A stretch of 64,000 bases of DNA from Phoronis australis (taxonomy: Eukaryota; Animalia; Phoronida): NCBI GenBank assembly GCA_002633005.1, contig NMRA01000215.1:616183-680182 (forward strand), read 5' to 3'. This document shows positions 63,126 to 64,000 of the stretch, piece by piece. Positions within the stretch are counted from its first letter, which is position 1; each line of letters begins with the position of its first letter. The notes beneath the pieces were generated by a model, which was given only the letters and a program-made list of their open reading frames with translations, made no database searches and was not told the DNA's origin. A program made the translations under genes and the position numbers.

Positions 63126-64000
63126 AAAAACAACCAAGTACGGTTTTCGATTTTTAAAAATCGATGAACAAATAATCTAAAAGCTGCAACCATTGAGTAC
63201 AATTGAAGATAAAGTACCGTGCGTATTGATATACGTACTCGGTGGATATACAAAGGCTGATCAGAGTTAACAATATCACATGGATTCATTTTTTAAATTC
63301 TTTCAATCTCGTTTAACCATAGTTTTGACCAGGAAACAGTTGTTGTGCCCACTTTTCATTTTTTATTACTGACAAAGAGCTAGAATAGTTATATAGATCA
63401 GTGCCATCGAAACTGTCCAGAGATTCCAAATCTTCAGTTTGGTTATCACCGTATTTGCACTTTTGTATATATTTTATGATTTGAGTTCTAATAAAGATTA
63501 AACTTTAATGACACATGAAATGTTTAGTGTACCTGTAATGTGGTAAGTTTAGGGATGGGCTCACAATGAGCTTAACTAATTAAGTTTAACTGGCGATCAA
63601 AATCTACCACTGTTTTGGTACTTCAAGCTTAAAACTTAGATAAATAAAAAGTTATCAACCCGTTCCCGGTAAGAAAAATAAACAAATGTGCAGAAGCATT
63701 AAAAATTAAATAAAGAAAACCAATGTGAAACTTATCGTTCCTTTGGGATGTGGCCCTTTGTGAGATAAACACAAGTTAACATTTATAGTCATTTTGTAAT
63801 ATTTATAATTTACCTAGTTAAAACTCAGTACTCTCCAGAGTTGCAGGCTATGACTCTGCAAATGCCAAAGAAAACCAAATTGGGGATACTAACAACAACT
63901 ATTGTTGAGGCAGTTATGCCAGCAATTACCTTTCCACTTCATTAGCTCAGATCTACATCAATACAAAGGGATTGCTGAATAGGCATCCTAAAAGTTGTCT

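Overview
AT-rich, repeat-rich animal (invertebrate, probably marine; taxon not determinable from sequence alone) genomic DNA with spliceosomal introns and assembly gaps. Two spliced genes can be assembled by hand, arranged tail to tail. (1) Plus strand: the last two coding exons of an NK4/tinman/Nkx2-5-type homeobox gene (9763-10007, 13709-14047), with a 3.7 kb intron inside the homeobox; its 5' exon is not visible. (2) Minus strand: a complete six-exon, 368-aa heme peroxidase of the non-animal (plant/fungal/bacterial, peroxidase-catalase) superfamily (58353 to 35787). It has a signal peptide, intact catalytic residues, a mix of class I and class II/III motifs, and a GPI-like C-terminus. The rest is transposon-derived: four TTAA-associated Kolobok-like THAP elements (one rebuilt from two left ends), several MITEs/foldbacks (one carrying about 19 TATCGATA-core repeats), LINE, Penelope and SINE remnants, and two N-separated duplications that look like assembly or haplotype artefacts. 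The palindromic 8-mer TACATGTA is strongly over-represented across the window.
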